Assembly: GCA_000004985.1 (NCBI GenBank)
Contig: GG739565.1
Source of the DNA: Naegleria gruberi
Taxonomy: Eukaryota
Reading direction: 5' to 3' (one strand)
Length of the DNA: 1,092 bases
A program made the translations under genes and the position numbers. The notes below the pieces were generated by a model, which saw nothing but the letters and a program-made list of their open reading frames with translations, did no database searches and was not told where the DNA came from. Every line of letters starts with the position of its first letter. Position 1 is the first letter of the stretch. Of the stretch, positions 1 to 1,092 are shown one piece after another.

Positions 1-181
1 AATCATTCATAAGAGGATAGTCAAACTCTGAACATCCCATTTGAATAATGCACATATTCCTATCATCTGGAACTAGATTATTCCACATTTTCCTCAAATT
101 TCCACTTTCAAATTCACTAGGAAATCGAAAAAAGCTTGTCACATCTGGAAGTATATACTTGGCTATCGAGATTATTGTTCC
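1..181 (-). CDS. Exon of a cytosolic-carboxypeptidase-like protein (M14 Nna1/AGTPBP1/CCP family), beginning of the N-domain with the F-x-S-x-FESGNL motif; reading frame continues past window start
   Basis: Minus-strand frame (codons at + positions congruent to 2 mod 3) is open from 181 to the window edge: GTIISIAKYILPDVTSFFRFPSEFESGNLRKMWNNLVPDDRNMCIIQMGCSEFDYPLMND. FFRFPSEFESGNLRK matches the first conserved N-domain motif of cytosolic carboxypeptidases (e.g. human CCP1 FFSKFESGNLRKA, CCP5 LLFSSRFDSGNLAHV; recalled from memory). The downstream E-F-D-Y-x-L-x-x-D resembles the E-Y-E-L-x-L-x-x-D stretch that follows in CCPs. The next motif (WFYF) would fall beyond position 1. The frame opens immediately after a TAG at 182-184, consistent with a 3' splice acceptor. 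Confidence 0.45.
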
Positions 182-271
182 CTATGCCTTTTCACCAAGT
201 TTTCATTATCAATACACCAAGTCATATTTGCATAATCATCCAAATAATTCAAACACATTGGAGAATCATAC
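182..271 (-). other. Candidate spliceosomal intron (90 nt), GTATGA...CATAG on minus strand, phase 0
   Basis: Minus-strand GT at 271-270 followed by ATGA (GTATGA donor-like). A TAG at 184-182 sits immediately before the point where the downstream frame opens. The interval contains five in-frame stops (182, 203, 206, 209, 236), yet the flanking ORF segments are in the same frame. Weakness: a purine-rich tract (GAAAAGG) lies before the acceptor instead of a polypyrimidine tract. Confidence 0.25.
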
Positions 272-291
272 ATCCACGATTATCCACGATT
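272..291. repeat. Perfect 10-bp tandem duplication ATCCACGATT ATCCACGATT, followed by partial third unit GATT (292-295)
   Basis: Read directly: 272-281 atccacgatt, 282-291 atccacgatt, 292-295 gatt. The unit length is not a multiple of 3. It lies exactly where two minus-strand ORFs terminate and at the proposed exon/intron boundary. Confidence 0.9.
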
Positions 292-451
292 GATTGTCTT
301 GACCATGCTCAATGGAAGGAAATGCTGCACACGAAAGTAAAACTGATGTCTTGTTAAACTCCTCTGATAGCTCTCTGAAAAGTAAGGAAGCAAGTCCAGA
401 GTAAGAACCAACCAATGGATGAATGATTTTGATGCCAGATAATGTGGACTG
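272..451 (-). CDS. Putative upstream exon of the same minus-strand gene (no ATG within it; further 5' exon(s) expected between 452 and 767)
   Basis: Same minus frame as the 1..181 exon. It is open for 61 codons: QSTLSGIKIIHPLVGSYSGLASLLFRELSEEFNKTSVLLSCAAFPSIEHGQDNQSWIIVD(V*). Amino-acid composition is globular-protein-like (G/A/S/E rich) compared with the overlapping alternative frame (F/L/Y/H/W rich). It ends at a GTATGA donor-like site, and joining to the 1..181 exon keeps the frame. A T-rich tract plus CAG (minus strand, + coords 449-470) just upstream could be a 3' splice acceptor. Confidence 0.25.
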
Positions 452-563
452 TCAATAATCAAAAATTTGACATTGAATTTGAAGAACCTTCCATTTATGG
501 TAAGTTTATTTGAGGATTTTTGAATTCAAAATTGGAATAGATGAGTTTGAAGCACTTAGAGAT

Positions 564-776
564 ATGTCAGTTCGTAACTGCCAAGTGTCAATTATTGTAT
601 TTCCATCGATTCATGATTCTGTCAAATCACTAGAACATAGTTTTTCTCATTTGTATTATGAAATGCATCGAATATTGAGAATTAAAGATTGTGATGATGC
701 TCCATGCATAATTGCATTCACAAAAAGTGATTTTGGCATTTTGTTTTTGAAATATTTATTAATATTTTTACAATAA
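564..776 (+). CDS. Hypothetical small ORF (70 aa from first ATG at 564; ORF track starts it at a TTG at 510), convergent to PTH2 with stop TAA 774-776 overlapping the PTH2 stop region by 9 nt; possibly spurious
   Basis: Longest plus-strand ORF outside the antisense region: MSVRNCQVSIIVFPSIHDSVKSLEHSFSHLYYEMHRILRIKDCDDAPCIIAFTKSDFGILFLKYLLIFLQ*. No recognisable family. Hydrophobic C-terminus. It would occupy the PTH2 3' UTR and the 5' region of the downstream minus-strand gene. Confidence 0.12.
   Translation: MSVRNCQVSIIVFPSIHDSVKSLEHSFSHLYYEMHRILRIKDCDDAPCIIAFTKSDFGILFLKYLLIFLQ
755..760 (-). promoter_or_regulatory. AATAAA polyadenylation-signal-like hexamer 8 nt downstream of the PTH2 stop codon
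   Basis: + strand tttatt at 755-760 is AATAAA on the minus strand. Minus-strand context: TAA aaatatt AATAAA tatttc. In AT-rich DNA this hexamer is expected by chance fairly often. Confidence 0.25.
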
Positions 777-1092
777 TTTCAAATGTTTTGTAACAGTATC
801 AATTAATTCTACAGGAGCTGGACCAATTCCAAGTACTGTTTTCGATCCAGCTTCAATTTGAGTTCTTCCAGCATCAACAACAAGATAACAATTCAAACGT
901 TGTTGTAAACATTTTTGAAATAAATTATCCAATTCCTTATCACTATCTGCTTTAAGACAAATCTTAGCTTCAGCTGTTACTTCCCAGTCATGTAAATATT
1001 GTTTCCATTGTTGCATATCTTGGTTGGTGATTTGTGTTGGCTCTGAATTTGATGATGAAAATAATAATTGAGTTTGAGCAAAATAGGAGGTG
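768..1092 (-). CDS. PTH2: Peptidyl-tRNA hydrolase, PTH2 family (aminoacyl-tRNA hydrolase); C-terminal ~107 codons with stop TAA at 768-770; 5' part of CDS lies beyond window end
   Basis: Minus-strand translation 1091->771 reads TSYFAQTQLLFSSSNSEPTQITNQDMQQWKQYLHDWEVTAEAKICLKADSDKELDNLFQKCLQQRLNCYLVVDAGRTQIEAGSKTVLGIGPAPVELIDTVTKHLKLL*. The block DAGRTQI-xGS-TVLGIGP-P-ELID-VT-HLKL(L/Y)-stop matches the conserved C-terminus of archaeal/eukaryotic Pth2 (human PTRH2 ends ...[38 protein letters not shown]). The W-E-x(5)-K-I/V-x-x-K block also aligns (human [12 protein letters not shown]). The ORF track starts at the M at 1014-1016, but the frame has no stop up to position 1092, and the conserved catalytic N-terminal region of PTH2 would lie further upstream. 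So this is a 5'-truncated CDS, not a start. Confidence 0.85.
   Translation of the reverse strand, partial: TSYFAQTQLLFSSSNSEPTQITNQDMQQWKQYLHDWEVTAEAKICLKADSDKELDNLFQKCLQQRLNCYLVVDAGRTQIEAGSKTVLGIGPAPVELIDTVTKHLKLL
1050..1068 (-). repeat. Codon-level simple repeats (TGA)3 and (AAT)3 on + strand, equal to (TCA)3 and (ATT)3/TTA codons on the coding strand, encoding the Ser-rich low-complexity insert of PTH2
   Basis: tgatgatga at 1050-1058 and aataataat at 1060-1068. Translated on minus strand as ...LLFSSSNSEPTQITNQ..., a stretch that has no counterpart in human PTRH2. Confidence 0.6.

Noticed and set aside
48-357. Plus-strand ORFs 48..293 (81 aa) and 136..357 (73 aa) from the ORF track
   Set aside because: Both are antisense to the minus-strand coding segments. 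Their translations are I/F/L/H/Y/N-rich with no recognisable motifs (typical of non-coding frames opposite an AT-rich CDS). They overlap each other in two frames.
280-462. Minus-strand ORF 280..462 (starts at TTG in the track) containing HQFYFRVQ, reminiscent of the CCP N-domain WFYF motif
   Set aside because: It lacks the conserved W. It lies upstream of FESGNL, whereas CCPs have FESGNL first and WFYF later. It is in a different frame from the FESGNL exon. Its overall composition is non-coding-like. FYF arises easily from TTT/TAT-rich sequence. Retained only as a weak possibility of a degenerate duplicate.
461-500. Bacterial-like -35 hexamer TTGACA (467-472) and direct repeat AATTTGA...AATTTGA (464-470, 476-482)
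   Set aside because: No acceptable -10 element at 16-19 bp spacing. The gene content (PTH2, CCP-like, apparent intron) is eukaryotic or archaeal, so a sigma-70 promoter is not expected.
461-535. Near matches to the mimivirus early-promoter octamer AAAATTGA (AAAAATTTGA at 461-470, AAAATTGG at 527-534)
   Set aside because: Neither is an exact match. Positions relative to candidate start codons are not convincing. Such A/T octamers are common by chance in AT-rich DNA.
704-717. Short inverted repeat ATGCA-TAAT-TGCAT about 55 nt downstream of the PTH2 stop
   Set aside because: Only a 5-bp stem with an AT-rich loop, and no following T-run on the relevant strand. Too weak to call a terminator or structured element.
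1-1092. Scan for tRNA, rRNA, CRISPR repeats, and transposon terminal inverted or long direct repeats
   Set aside because: No cloverleaf-compatible segments, no spaced direct repeats of 20 bp or more, and no terminal inverted repeats were found. The only repeat is the 10-bp tandem duplication at 272-291.

Overview
This 1092-bp window is AT-rich (about one-third G+C, estimated by eye) and looks like a compact eukaryotic-type genome. All convincing coding signal is on the minus strand.

- **PTH2 (768..1092, minus):** the 3' part of a PTH2-family peptidyl-tRNA hydrolase gene. Its C-terminal translation is LVVDAGRTQIEAGSKTVLGIGPAPVELIDTVTKHLKLL*, and the frame stays open to the window edge at 1092. 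It carries a Ser/Thr/Gln-rich low-complexity insertion.
- **Second minus-strand gene (1..181 and 272..451):** downstream of PTH2 on the same strand, probably split by a 90-nt GTATGA...CATAG intron at 182..271. The exon at 1..181 encodes F-P-S-E-FESGNL-RK, which matches the hallmark first motif of the N-domain of cytosolic carboxypeptidases (M14 Nna1/AGTPBP1/CCP family, tubulin deglutamylases).
- **Tandem repeat (272..291):** a perfect 10-bp duplication (ATCCACGATT x2) sits at the proposed exon/intron junction, where two overlapping minus-strand reading frames are both open.
- **Plus strand:** the plus-strand ORFs look like antisense artefacts, except a possible small convergent ORF (564..776) whose stop overlaps the PTH2 stop by 9 nt.

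No tRNA, rRNA, CRISPR or mobile-element signatures were seen. All calls rest on by-eye translation and remembered family motifs; no database search was possible.
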